Source: the human T2T-CHM13v2.0 reference genome, Homo sapiens
Direction: 5' to 3' (one strand)
Length of the DNA stretch: 64,000 nucleotides
Assembly: GCF_009914755.1 (NCBI RefSeq)
Contig: NC_060925.1
This document shows, one piece after another, positions 47,155-62,532 of this stretch (positions within the stretch are counted from its first letter, which is position 1; the number at the start of each line of letters is the position of its first letter). Both the position numbers and the translations under genes were made by a program. Under the pieces are notes generated by a model. The model made no database searches, had not been told where the DNA came from, and saw only the letters and a program-made list of their open reading frames with translations.

Positions 47155-49846
47155 ACTGTGTATGAAATGATTAAACACCCTTAATAATATAAGCCTGGAG
47201 AACTTATCAAAAAAGATCCTTTCTAGATATCTAGTGTTTTGGGATTCTATGTATATTTCTTTTGATGATAATTTCACATATTTGTAATTTTGTAATATTG
47301 CATTATCTCATTTAACTTTTCCCTATTCATATATACTATTATTATCTACATACTGAAGATGAGAAAACTGACATACATATATATATATATATATAAAATA
47401 CATATATATATGTATATTTTAGGTAATTGCATAATACCACATAACTGGTATCTGATGAAGCCAATATTCAAAGGCATATAGCCTGGCTCCACAATCCTAG
47501 CTCTAATCAATGTGCTCTGGAATACCACAGTTGCCAGATGGACTACGTCCTGTAGGATTTGCTACGATGTGTCAGGACGTGATATTTAAGAGATTCTGGT
47601 AATCCTGAAAACCCAAAAATAACTTTCAGGATCAATTTTCTTGCTCATCAATGTTCCAGTTCTACTCATTCCAAGCATTTGTCCACTCCCTTGAAGTTAG
47701 GCATGGCGATGTGATTTGCTTTTATCAACAGAATGTAGCAATATGAATTTGTCACTTCAAAAGTGGAAGCCTTTAAGAAAAGCATGCAATTCTCCATATC
47801 CCTGTTCCGTCACACTTCTCTATTTCTGTTCCTGGTACTAGCATTCTAATAGTCATAGATTTTATGACATCTTTTTCTATCATCACCCACATCCAAACAG
47901 TAACTATAACATTCATTTCACCTACGATATATCCCTTCTGCCCTTTCCTTTTGCCTCATACTGGACATACTACATCTTCTCTAAACGAGGTTTTCTTTAC
48001 TTCTTGTCTTGCCTATTACAGCAGGCTACTGATCTCATCTTCAGACTCTAATGTGAGTCCATCAAATAGAATACATCAGATTAATTTCCCTTGAGCAGAT
48101 TTCTGATTATAACCTACCGAGCTCAAAAGTCTACAATGATCCCCACCATCAGTTGTAAGTACAAACTTCTTAGCAATGCTTTAAACTTCATAATACCACT
48201 TAAGAGCATAAATCCATTTTTCTAAATGTTATCTTTCACTTATTCTTAGTCATATTCTATGCTCAAGTTGAAATGGCAACTTATTGTTCCTCCTACTGGC
48301 CTAGCTCTAGCTATGCCTTAGGTAATGTTTATTGCTTTATCTGAATTACTTTCTATAGCCTCAACTCTTACTTTATAAATATCACCCTATGAAAATGACA
48401 ACTTTTTCAATATCCATTTCAAATGAAATCTTATCTATAAAGTATCAATATAGGAACATCCTCTTTTGAATCCCAATATATCTGTAGGTTGAAAAACATT
48501 TCTCTATAGTGCTTAGCGCTGTGCTTTGCTATGGTAGAGTATCAACATTTTACTGAAATAAATTGAAATGCATATTCAAGAGAGTAAATTTTTTTTAAAA
48601 AAATTACCTGGTTTGTCAACAAAAATGTAACACGAGAAACGTATTTGTACTCAGAGTAACATAAGTCAGCAACATTTATAGAATGTCTACTTCATAACGA
48701 TGATGATGTTGATTAGAAAAATAACAGTAGCCAATATTTACTAAGAAAATGTGTCAGGTACTTTGCAGGCAATTCTTCATTTGATCTTCAAAAACTCTAA
48801 GTTGAATATAGTTATTACCCTCATTTAAGAGATGAGGAAACTGAGTAACAAAGAGTTTGCATAACTTGCCCAAGGTCACATGGTTAGATGTAAACAGTCA
48901 CAGTTCTAATAAAACAGTCTCGCTCAAGAAACTGGGCTCCAAAGGAGATAAAACATTAATTTATACATTGGATATTATGTCTTATATCCCAAAATTTTCC
49001 ACTTGTTAACAAATTATGAAGTGGGTATCACATGAGTGATTTCTTAAAAATCTCTTTTAAATCATACATTTTATCATATGTTACAAGGCAATTATTTAAT
49101 AAAAGTACATGACTAGAAACTGAACAAACCAAATAGACTATGAATTCCTTCAGGCCAATGGCTGTAAATTGTTTATCTTCATACATTGAGAAGCTGACCT
49201 AATAGGTGACACATAATTATGTCAGATTTATAATAAGTGAAAGGTCACATGATTTAAATTCAAGACCAATCAACTTTACTCTTAAAGTTTTCCTTATTCC
49301 TCCTCAAATGTCTACATTGCTTTGGTTCTCCAAAACCAATTTTTGAAAGTGCTCCTTAATAGAGTAACTTCTAAAATGTATAATAACATTGTTGTGCAGT
49401 ATTGAATATATGGAGAAAGCTGTTAAAAAGAATGAAACTGCAGTACTGAAACAAAGGAACAAAGAGTTAAGACATAAGTAACAATTTACTTTCTGGTTAA
49501 GAAAGGCAATGCATTGCAGGTAGAGGAAAAAAGCAGGTAAAACAGGTAGACAGGCACTTAGGCATAAAAGAGCTTATTTAGGAAACTGCAAGTGTTTCAG
49601 TATGGTCATGGTGTAAAGTATATGCTGGGAACTGGCAGGAGCCCATAAAGATGGAAATTGAATAGATTGTAAAGAGATTTAACGCCCTACTAAGAAAGTT
49701 AGCATTATGTTGACTGCACAATGTTAACTCTTCAACTCACCTTGTCATAGACAGGTATCTTGCTGGCAGCTAAAACAAAATAACTTATAAACTGAATTCT
49801 CCAATACAGTACTTTCTAAGTCATGCTATAAAAAATACCCTTTTTA

Positions 49847-49931
49847 GAGGCTGAGGTGGGAGGATCACTGGAGCCCAGGAGTTCAAGACCAGCCTGGGTG
49901 ATATGGTGAGACTATCTCTATTAAAAAAAAT
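49847..49931 (+). mobile_element. 5'-truncated Alu left monomer (FLAM-like) with 12-bp TSD
   Basis: gaggctgaggtgggaggatcactggagcccagg...A tail; TSD atacccttttta at 49835-49846 and 49932-49943. Confidence 0.85.
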
Positions 49932-50342
49932 ATACCCTTTTTAACTTAGTAACAAAAAGTTTCCACAAATTAGCTCATTTTTAAGTAGTATTTTGAAAGT
50001 ATAGCAGAATATAAGAACTTAAACGATACCTGCGTTGTTTTTTTTAAGAAAAATCCTGAAGATAAAATATTTTTTTCCTTTTTGCTTCCTTATTTTTCCT
50101 TGCATCATTACTTTTTGGCTTAGTATGGATAAATGAAGTCAAAGGGTTAAAAGTTGCTATTTTATTTCATTCCATAGCACCATGGAAATCCTGGTACAGG
50201 TCATTTTTTACTTACTCTGCTTATTTTTATTATTTAGTTTCCAGTCAAAGAATATAGACAGAATGCTTTTTGTTCAGGAGGCTTTTCAACACAGAGCTCA
50301 ATTTTCCAGCGATGTTGGAAATTCCAGACAACACTGTCATTA

Positions 50343-50522
<180 letters not shown>

Positions 50523-50875
50523 CTAAGTAAAATAATAATACAAATACAGTGAAGTTCTGTTGCAAAATAGGACAAAAAGAATATAATTATTTTTTCTTTG
50601 TTTTTACCCTAATGTATATCTGTTTTATAATTATATGTTAATCTTATACTCCATTTCATTCTGTAAACTTTCCTGAAATCAAACTTTTGAGGAGAAAATA
50701 TATATGCCACATCATCCCCTCCTTCCCTCATTTAATTGCATCAACTGGAAGACAAATTACATTTGATCCTTGAAAACACTCTGCATTATTGAACACCACC
50801 TACTAAGTACCAGGCCCTATGCAAAGAAGATCTCACCTTGGCCTTCAAGGATTCCTCAGTATAAAAGGAGATGAG

Positions 50876-51429
<554 letters not shown>

Positions 51430-51890
51430 TTAGTATAATCATAGTATAAAGTACATGTTGAAGACTGGCAGAAGGCTATAAGAGAGATCTACATAAAATC
51501 ATAAAGGCTTTTAATGCTGTACTAAGAAGTTTAACTTTATTACACAGGCAGTGAAGTGTTCTGAAAGATTTTAAGTCCAGGAGGTGATGTGGTCAGATGC
51601 GTTCCTAGACCAGGAATACTCCTAAAATCCAAAGTCCTTGACACTAACTAAACACCAACTTGTAAAAGGCCTATTTAAAAACAGCAGTCTCAGAGTCCTT
51701 TTCTGTATGGTCAATAAGGTAGATGTATTTTCTGTTAACTGACAAATGGAAAAAGAGGTTTAGGGCAATGAAGGCAAAAAATTATTTTAATTTTTGTCAT
51801 TTAATTTGAGATGGTACTCAGTGAATATTTAAAAATCATATACAACTCAGGAGAGAAGCTAGACTAAAAGCAATAGTTGAAACTTTAGGA

Positions 51891-52236
51891 CAGGGATCAG
51901 CAAACTATGGCTAGTGGGCCTATCTGGCCTGCTATCTGTTTTCATTCAACCTATGAGCTAAGAATGGCTTTTGACTTTTACAATTTTAAATGGTTGGAAA
52001 CGAAAATCAAATGAAGAATGATATTTCATGACCTACAATAATCATATGAAATTCCAATTTCAGTTTGATAAATATTTACTGGAACAAAGCCATGCTCATT
52101 TTTTTTACCAGCTGTCAATGGCTGCTTTCACGCTACAACTAGAGCAGAGTTAGTAGTTGCAAGACAGATCATATGGCCTGCAAAACCTACAATATTGACT
52201 ATCTGGCCCTTTGAAGAAAAGGTTTGCAAACCCCTG
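51891..52236 (+). mobile_element. MER58B-like hAT-Charlie element
   Basis: TIRs cagggatcagcaaact and gtttgcaaacccctg; degenerate 8-bp TSD ctttagga/ctctagaa. Confidence 0.8.
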
Positions 52237-52432
52237 CTCTAGAAGATTATAAAATTGCATTAAGAGAACTTACTTTATAGTAACAGAGGACACAACTTAT
52301 TTAGTAAGAGAAGCTCTGCATTCAGATTTTTTAAGGTAGCAATCGGAAAACTTTGGTTGTAAAAACATCTCACGTCTTTTAGTTACAAAGCAATGGCAAA
52401 AAAAGAAATTTGAAAAAAATTTATGATTTTTC

Positions 52433-52516
52433 AATCAAAGGATTATTTTAATTTAATCCTTTAAATTTAATTTAATCAAAGGATTATTAATCCTTTGATT
52501 ATTTAATCAAAGGATT
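52433..52516. repeat. Alternating-orientation array of the unit AATCAAAGGATT (overlapping palindromes)
   Basis: Perfect 14-bp-arm palindrome at 52473-52501 and 13-bp-arm palindrome at 52489-52516. Confidence 0.9.
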
Positions 52517-52819
52517 TATGATTAATCTTGCTCTACTTTTTCTTTTATTGGAGATCTAAAATATTTATTTATACCACCCATTTCATATTTTTGTTCCAAT
52601 CTTTCACTGACCTCATAAAAATCACATTAATAACTGAGCCCTTGATATACTTTTTTCCTTTCACTCTATGCAAGGAATAAACACAAATTGTTTTAAATTG
52701 CTAAAGTGACAAATTAACACCTGATTTTTCCTTCAGACTTCTATCTACACTCCACAGCCACACTGTAGTCATACCCTAGAGCTGTTCATTATAGAGTATA
52801 ATTCTATTGCCAAAGACTT

Positions 52820-55040
52820 CCAAAAATCAAACACAAAATAAGAGCTGATTCTTTGAAAATACCAAAGCAACTGATAAACCACTAATCTAGAAAAAAATGA
52901 CCAATATCAGAAATAAAACAGAGAAAATCACTTCAGCCCTTCAGACAGAGATAAAAAGGAAACAGTACCAAAAATTTTATGCTCCTACATCTGCTAACAT
53001 ACAAATGAATTAAATTCCTTGAAAGACAAACTACAGAGCTACCACTCAAGAAGAAACAACCTAAACAGTCCTGTATCTATTAAACCAATTTACAGAAAGA
53101 AAATTCCAGGCCTACATGACTTTTTACTGGTGAATTCTATTAAACATTTATGTAGAAATAATACCAATTCTACACAAATCCTTCCAGAAAAATTAAAGAA
53201 GAAGGGATGCTTCCCAGTTCATTATAGAGGACACAGTTACTCTAATAATAAAACCAGACCAAGACATTAGGAGAAAAGAAAACTATAGAATAATGCCTCA
53301 TAAACATAAAAATTCTCAAAAATAATTAGCTAATAAAACTTAGCAATATATATAAAAGAGCAATATATCATGACCAAGTAATGTTTATCCCCTCAATACA
53401 AGACTGGTAAACATTCAAAAGTCAATCAATGTAACTCACTATATCAACAGTCTTTAGACTGTTGCGAATATGCGAAAAACCCATATGATTATCTCAGTAA
53501 TAGATACAGGAAAGGCATTTCACAAAATTTAACATCCATTCATGATAAAAAGTCTCAGCAAGCAAGAAATAGAAGAACTTCCTTAAACTGATAGCAAGTA
53601 TCTAAAAAACCCCACTGTTAACATCATGCTCAATAGTGAAAGACATTGTTTTCCTCATAAGATCAGTAACAAGGCAGGGATAGCCGCTCACACGATTCCT
53701 CCTCAACATCATACTAGAGGGCATACCCAGTGCAATAAGGCAAGAAAAAGAAATAAAAATCATACAGATTAGAAAGGAAGAAACAAAACTTTCTATTTGC
53801 AGATAACACAGTTGTCTACTTAGAAAATCTCCAAAATCTGTGAGAGAGTCAGTACAACTAAAAAGTGTGTTTAGAAAGTCACAGGACATAAGGTCAATAT
53901 GCAAAATCAATTATATTTCTATATAATATCAACCAAAACCAGGAAACTGGTAATTTTTTAAACTGCCACTTATAATGGTAAAATACTTAGGTATAAATCT
54001 AACAAAATACATATGCTAAACTATAAATGATGGAAGAAATAAAAAAAGACCCACATAAATAGAAAGCTATACTATATTCATGGATTGGAAAAATCCAATA
54101 TGGTCAATATATTGATCCCCTCAACAGATTCAATGCAACCCCAATGATTTTAAAATGTACATGGAAAAATACAGAATAGAATAACTCTGAAAAAGAATAC
54201 CAACATTGGCAGCCTCTTACTGCTTGATTTCAATACTTACTAAGAGGCTATAGTAATCAAGAGAAAGAGGTATCAATGAAAGCACAGACACACAGATTAA
54301 TGGAACAGAAACCAGAGTCTAGAAATAGAGGCAAACATATATGGCCAAATTTTCTTTTTTATTTTTTTGAGACGGAGTCTTGCTCTGTCGCCCAGGCTGG
54401 AGCGATGATCTTGGCTCACTGCAAGCTCTGCCTCCAGGGTTCACGCCATTCTCCTGCCTCAGCCTCCCGAGTAGCTGGGACTACAGGTGCCCACCACCAT
54501 GCCAGGATAATTTTTTGTATTTTTTAGTAGAGATGGGGTTTCACTGTATTAGTCACGATGGTCTCTATCTCCTGACCTCGTGATCCATGCAAAGGCAATT
54601 TCAATAAGGTGCAAAGGCAATTTCAATAAGGTACAAAAGCAATTCAATGCATCTTTTCAACAAATAGTGCTGGAACAACTAGACATCCATATTAAAAAAC
54701 ATAAATCTTGGTCCATATCTTGCACCATATACAAAATTAACTCATGTATCATATACTAAAACGACAATGACAAAAACCTCTATAAAACTTGAAGAAAACA
54801 TAGGAAAAAATCTTTGTGAACTTGGGTTAGACAAAGATTTCTTAAATATGACACCCAAATACAGTCCACTAAATTTTTTTTATATGCTGACTTCATGAAA
54901 ATTAAAGACTTCTGCTTTTCATAGGAGAATGAAAAGAAGGCACAGAAAAGTGAAAATACTTGCAAAACATATAACTGATAAACAACTTGTATCCAAATAC
55001 AGGAAGAACTCTCAAAAGTTAGCAGTAAGAAAATTAAGCA
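52820..55040 (+). mobile_element. Decayed L1M ORF2 region, interrupted by an Alu
   Basis: caacatcatactagagg...cagtgcaataaggcaagaaaaagaaataaaa; tatttgcagataacac; cttttcaacaaatagtgctggaacaactagacatcc. Confidence 0.8.
54355..54587 (-). mobile_element. 5'-truncated AluY-like element
   Basis: cactgcaagctctgcctcc and ttcacgccattctcc; ends abruptly at gacctcgtgatcca. Confidence 0.88.
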
Positions 55041-55330
55041 AACTACGCAACATATATCCTCTCTGTGGTTCCTCTAAAAAACTGTCTAAAAGCCAGGCTG
55101 ATATTAGTTCACATCAAGAGTAAAATAAACACTTTATTTAAATAAATAATACTACCTCACAAATAGCTCAGCCATCTCCTTATTCCTTTTATAAATAAAA
55201 CTGCCACAAGCTTCAATTGTTGCTAATTATATCAGGTAGTATTTTCCTTTTGGAAAAAAAACAGTGTATGCATACACTGGTTGTTACAGCAAAACTTAAT
55301 AAAAAAAAACTTGGAGAGTTTGTTATTAAG

Positions 55331-55666
<336 letters not shown>

Positions 55667-55774
55667 TAGAATGTGAAATATGTGCAATTAGTCAATCAGA
55701 TGTTTAAACACTAGACTAGTATTTAACACAGCCTTCTAGTCATGTCTTTTTGGTTGATAAAAACCCAAACCTGA

Positions 55775-56144
<370 letters not shown>

Positions 56145-58292
56145 CTCCTCAAGTCTATTTCTATAACACACAACTTATTAGTATTTTTATTAAACAGTCA
56201 ATGTAAAGTGAGGTTTTACCAACAATCTATCAGCAAGTTTGTTTCAGCCTTTAGTTGCACCTTTCTCAGTGTTTCTGGAAATTAACATTTAAAAATTGCT
56301 TATTGTTAATCTTACTAAAAATGTCTTTAAAAAAAAAAGACCTAAGATATTTTTCCCAGGAGGCAAAGAAGAAGAGTAGGAAGTTGAGTATCTCTCTAGA
56401 TACTCTAATTTGCTTCCTTAAGCAAATTAAAGTCTCTGGTCCTCTCCTACTTCATCTGTGAAATTGGGAGGCTAGATTCACTAAGTCTGGCCTTGGATTT
56501 AAGGTCCAGTCAAATTCTAAAAATCTTGATTCTACAGATGTCCTTAAATAAAGTGTATTTCTTTCACAATAAAAGGTAAAATCCATATCATCTCTAGTAA
56601 AAATCTGGCTAATCAAATACTTCTCTTAATCTTAGAATAACAAACTTTTCTGAACCTCAGTTTTTCCTCAATAAAAAATGAGGTTTAATGAGATAATTTA
56701 TATCATATATTCCAATTCTATGATCTTACCAGAAAATAACTTTTAATAATAGTCAAGATCTTTTTGATAGAATAAACACATAATTGTATTAGTTAAATCT
56801 AACTCTAATACATACATAATAGATATATGCTGATACAAATCACTTTGAATTTTGAAAACTTACTACAAGTGAACTTACTTTGACCACATAAATGGAAGAA
56901 CATACCTTAACTTATAGCAAGGGGAAGCAATTATTTAGCCATACTCTAACTACTCAGGACTGTTTATATACTACCATCTTATCATATTCTTCTTAGATAT
57001 AAGTGAAAACAAAAAACATGTTTGATTAATCTAAGAATATTCAATCCCAAAATAATATCAGGCACATCATGAACATAAATATATACTGATAATGAAAATG
57101 ACAGATACTAAATATATAGGGGAAAAATAAAATTTCATAAATTCAATAATTATAATTCAAGGTACTTATTAAATCTGATAAATAAGTCTCAGGTTTTCAA
57201 AGGGCCTGCCATATCATTCACTATAGTATTAGCTACTTCCTAGTTCATTTGATTTTAAAATAAAATAGAGTAGGTAGACATACTATACATTCAGACTATC
57301 TAAAGGAGAAGCCACTTTTGCCAGTACTACACAGCCACATAATGATACATAGTTCTAAAAATTATCCTCAATGGAGTTAAGGTCAATAATCCAATAACTT
57401 CATTTATAGGAAACTGCTCCAAGAAAATAAGCAGAAATATAGACAAATATGTATGTACAAATATGTGCAGTGAAGAATTATTTGTAATAGATAAAATTGT
57501 AAACAGCTCAGTTATCTGAAAACAAGGTAGGTTAATATATGATATATTGACTACATTATTGTACATAACAAAGACTTTTTAATGACATGGTAAAAAGCAG
57601 ATGAGAATTTATATTTTATCTTTATATATTTCTATACTATGTATATTCTACACAGGTGAAAATGATATATGCTCAACTTGTATTTTCCAAGGATCATTGT
57701 ATCAACACAGTAAAAGATGGCAAATGAAAGCCTAGTATAATAATTCAAGCAAGAAATAAAGAAGGTATGAATAAAGAGGGTATCAATTAATACAATGGCA
57801 CTAGAATGAAAAGAAGAAATATTACAGTTTCAAGAGATTTTTAAGAAACAATCAACAGGTTGTGGCTGCCAAGTAGAACAGCAGGTAACAAAGAAGAATT
57901 GTAGGTAACAAAGTGGAAGTGTAGGTAACAATGAAGAGATCTGGCTAAATTTTAATTCCACAAACTAAAGTCAGAGATGCAGAAGGCAAAATAGCTTAGG
58001 GTAAAACAACAAGACCAGGTGACTCTGAAGTAAAATTTTAAATTTAAACAAACTTTCTATATATTATGTTTAATATGGCAAGATCCATTCTATATATTAG
58101 AAATGATTTTTATTCAGAAAGCTTCAATCACCTGGAATATTAACTAATATGGAATACATTTCTTAATGAAGCAATATCAGTGAGTTATTGCTATTATAAA
58201 ATCTTTATTCAGAATTATCTCGGTAGGGGAATAAAGTGTTTAATTTTTTTCAAAATATTCTAACTTGAAAATGGCAAAAATGAACTATTTCA

Positions 58293-58553
<261 letters not shown>

Positions 58554-59759
58554 TCATTTCTACTCACCAAGGCAACAGAGATAGCCCTAAAAAGGTAATA
58601 TATTATTTTGAAAATTTTAACTGGTTAATAATTGGTTAATTAAAAAACATTTATTGTTACTGAATGGGATATGTGTTTGTGTGTGTGTGTTATCTAAAAC
58701 AAAACACACATATAAAATAATTCATACAATGCTGAGAAGGACACAATAACCAAAATAAAACAACGATTCCTGCCCTCTTGGAGCTTAGAGTTTAATAGAA
58801 ATCAAATGGCAATTAAAGGTAGATAAGTCAGGAAAAAATAAAGCAGACAGAGGAAAATAGTTTTTATACATATAGAAAACAAGATAACATATCATAAAAC
58901 TTTAATAACTAAAGTCTGCTGTGTTAAAAAGTGCAATAATCCAAAATATACAGTATAGCTACAGCTAAATTTGAGCCTACTAAAATCAACTTTTCATATG
59001 CAAACTGATTTTCTGTTAGTCACTATAAGAAAAGACCTTATGAAATTCAGTAATACAATTATTGCACTAGACAGAGTTGAAGCCATTGTTTGCTAGTTTT
59101 AAGTAAAATTTCTTTCAGATTTGTGTAATAAAAATGCTTAGGTTCTCAAAAGAAACATTTGCTTTTTATAGTGAAAATGATATTAATAGATAATGCTTTC
59201 CATTTTTCCTTGATTGACAGTGAGCTTCAGAGTTCAATTTCTGTAAGAATTATATAGGCTTTTATGGTCAATATAGTCTTTTTGCTCTCTTGTGGCCTCA
59301 TTGTTTTAGTATTTCACTTCATGTATTCTTGCAAACTACCTCTCAACACTTATGAAAAGAAGAAATACATGCATATGTATATACATAAGTAGATAAATAT
59401 AAAATTTATTTATTTAACAAATATTAGAGATGGAAAGTTAAATCACACTTATTAAGTACCTATTGTATGCCAGGCCTGTTGATGTATAAAGGCTGTTTAA
59501 ATTCTAAAACAGTTTTATGAGGAAAGAAGTATTATAAAAATTTTACAGATTGGAAACCCCTGATTCAAAGAAATTAAACAACTTTCCCTACCATACAGCT
59601 AGAAAGTGGTAGTGCTAAATTAAAATTCAAGTCTATCAGAATCCAAAGCTCATATATTTACACTATTACATTATGCTGACTTTCTATGCAAGGCACTGTC
59701 AAAAGGTTTTAGAATTACATTGAAAAAACAAACAGACTTCTCTTTACAGCCAAGATAGA

Positions 59760-60210
59760 GGTAGCCGGTTGAATACTGTCCTTCTAAAATTTATGTTCAC
59801 CCAGAACCTCAGGATGTGCCTTATTTGGAAATAGGGTCTTTGCAGATGTAATTGGTTATGGTGAGGTAATAATGGATTAAGGTGGACCGTGAATCCAATG
59901 AGTGGTGTCTTAAGAAGAGGAGGAGGTGACATAACAGAGACCGACAGAGTGGGAAGAAGGCCATATGAAGACAAAGGCAGAGACTGGAGTGATGTAGCTA
60001 AAAGCCAAGAAGCACCAAGAATTGCTGGGACCCACCAAAAGCTAGAAAGAGACGAGAGAAGATTCTTTTCCAGAGCCTTCAGAGAGAACGTGGGCCTGAT
60101 GATACCTTGACTTTGGCCTTCCCCCATCCAGAGCTATGACAGAATAAATTTCTGTTGTTTTAAGCCACCCGGTTTACGGTAATTTGTTATAGCACCCCAG
60201 AAAATTAATA
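59760..60210 (+). mobile_element. MLT1B/C MaLR LTR
   Basis: gaacctcaggatgtgccttatttggaaatagggtctttgcagatgtaatt; agaataaatttctgttgttttaagccaccc. Confidence 0.85.
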
Positions 60211-60911
60211 GGATGGGGTTTTAAACCTTTGCCTGACAACACCACAAAAAAATCTAACTGAAATACACAAAACAAAGATTTTCACAATAGTGGACACCAG
60301 ACAATGAAGGACAGTAATCCCTGAGAGATAAGAAATAAATGAGATAGTCCTATGTTTGCCCTAGAATATTGCCTTGAGAGTTTCCAGGTCACAAAACAGT
60401 GAAGGAGAATCCAGGCAGAACCTGATAGAATCCCTGAGTTAAGGAGATGAAGCCAAGAATCCAGAGACGCCAAAGAGTTCACAGAAAAGAGTACTGAAGA
60501 AGAAAGAGCTGAGCAGAGAGAAACTCTGGAGTTCTAACAGAGGTCTCCCTCAAATATTGAGTTGAGTATTGATTGGAGCATAGGAATTTAAGTGAGGCTG
60601 GGACAGAAAAAAATGAGAGGAGTAGAAGAACAAAGCTGAAAATAATGCCTGCTTCTACCAACCATACTGGCAATCCCATAATTCATGCATTAGTGGGTAG
60701 AGCCCTGAGAAGGGTCTTACCTCCGTAGTGGGAAATAACTAGCTTTATACTAAATGCTGCTTCTGTCCAGACTAACAAATTATAAGATTAAGATCCAAAA
60801 GGATCAAACTGTTTCCAAGTAATTTAACTATGTCCCCAAATAAAACTCAAAGATATTTTTAGGAATAAAAAAGTCCACCTACAACAATGTAAATTTCACT
60901 GTCTTGCTTCT

Positions 60912-61214
60912 TTTTTTTTTTTTTTTTTTTTTGAGACAGAGTTTTGCTCTTGTTGCCCAGGCTGGAATGCAATGCGTGACCTTGGCTCACTGCAACCTCC
61001 ACCTCCTGGGTTCAAACAATTCTCCTGCCTCAGCCTCCTGAGTAGCTGGGATTATAGGCATCCACCACCAACGCCTGGCTAATTTTGTATTTTTAGTAGA
61101 GATGGTGTTTCACCATGTTGGTCAGGCTGGTCTCGAACTCCTGACCCCAGGTGATCTGCCTGCCTTGGCCTCCCAAAGTGCTGGGATTACAGGCATGAAC
61201 CACCGCGCCTGACC
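60912..61214 (-). mobile_element. AluSq/Sp-like element with 13-bp TSD
   Basis: TSD ctgtcttgcttct at 60899-60911 and 61215-61227. Confidence 0.92.
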
Positions 61215-62218
61215 CTGTCTTGCTTCTAATCAAAGATTTTCAGTCATACAAGAAGCAGGGAATATAACTCACAAGGAAGAGAAAAATGAACCAATTGCAA
61301 CTGTCCAAGAATTGACCTAGAGTTTAATTATAAAAACGGAACATTATGTCATATAACTGTATTCCAGATCTTCTAAAAGTTAAGTAGAGACAAGGGAGAT
61401 ATAATAAAAAATATTCAAACTTCTATCACTGAAAACTACAATGCTTGAGACTATAAACTAGATGAAATTAACAGCAGTTTAGAGATAGAAGAAAAAAAGA
61501 TTAGTGAAACTGAAGACATAATCACAGAAACTATCCAAAATTAAACAGACAGAAAAACATGACAAAAATGTAGAGTATCAGAGAACTGTGGAACAACTTC
61601 GAGTGGCCTAATATATGTTTAACTGAAGTCCCTGAAAAAATAATAACAGAAACATTTCCAAATTTAGTGAAAATTATAAACCCAGAGTTTCAATAAGCTC
61701 ACTAAACTCTAAAAACAAGAAACAGAAAAAAAAATTACACCAAGGCCCGGTATAATAAATTGCTCAAAACGAATGATGAAGAGACAATCTTAAAAGCAGT
61801 CCAAGAAAAAGAGACCTTATATTAATATATAGACAAAGATAGCATGACAGCAGACTTCTCATCAAAAACAATGCAAACAAGGCAACAGTGGAGCAACATC
61901 CTTACAGTATTAAAAAAAGTTGTCAACCTAGAGTTCTAAACCCAGTGAAAATATTTCAAAAAGATAAAAATATTTTTAAAATGAGACTTTTTTAGACACA
62001 CAAAAGATAATTAACCACTGGTAAATATGTCCTACAAGAAACGTTAAAGTAAATTGCTCAGGCAAAAAGAAAATGACAGCACACAGAAATATGGATCTAC
62101 ACAAAGGAATAATATCAATGGAAATGGTAACTCTACAAGGAAATATATAAGATTATTTTCTTATTAAATATATCTTTAAAATAAAATTATGTATATAAAA
62201 TGATAATGTGTTATACAG

Positions 62219-62532
62219 TTTTTTGTTTGTTTGTTTTTGGCTTTTTTTTCTGAGACGGAGTCTCGCTCTGTCACCTGACTGGAGTGCAATGGTGCGATCT
62301 TGGCTCATTGCAACCTCCGCTCCCAGGTTCAAGTGATTCTCCTGCCTCAGCCTCCTGAGTAGCTGGGGACTACAGGCGTGTGCCACCACACCCAGCTAAT
62401 TTTTGTTTTTTGGTGGAGACAGGGTTTCCCCATGTTGCCCAGGCTGGTCTCAAACTCCTGACCTCAAGTGATCTGCCCACCTAGGCCTCCCAGAATGCTG
62501 GGATTACAGGTGTGAGCCACGACATCTGGCCT
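62219..62532 (-). mobile_element. AluS
   Basis: Full dimer with (TTTG)n tail. Confidence 0.9.

Noticed and set aside
45360-47415. Y/I/M-rich ORFs at 45268-45462 and 47346-47528
   Set aside because: Artefacts of (TA)-rich low-complexity sequence.
52433-54650. Short repeats as a CRISPR-like array
   Set aside because: Eukaryotic intron; no unique spacers of regular length and no cas genes.
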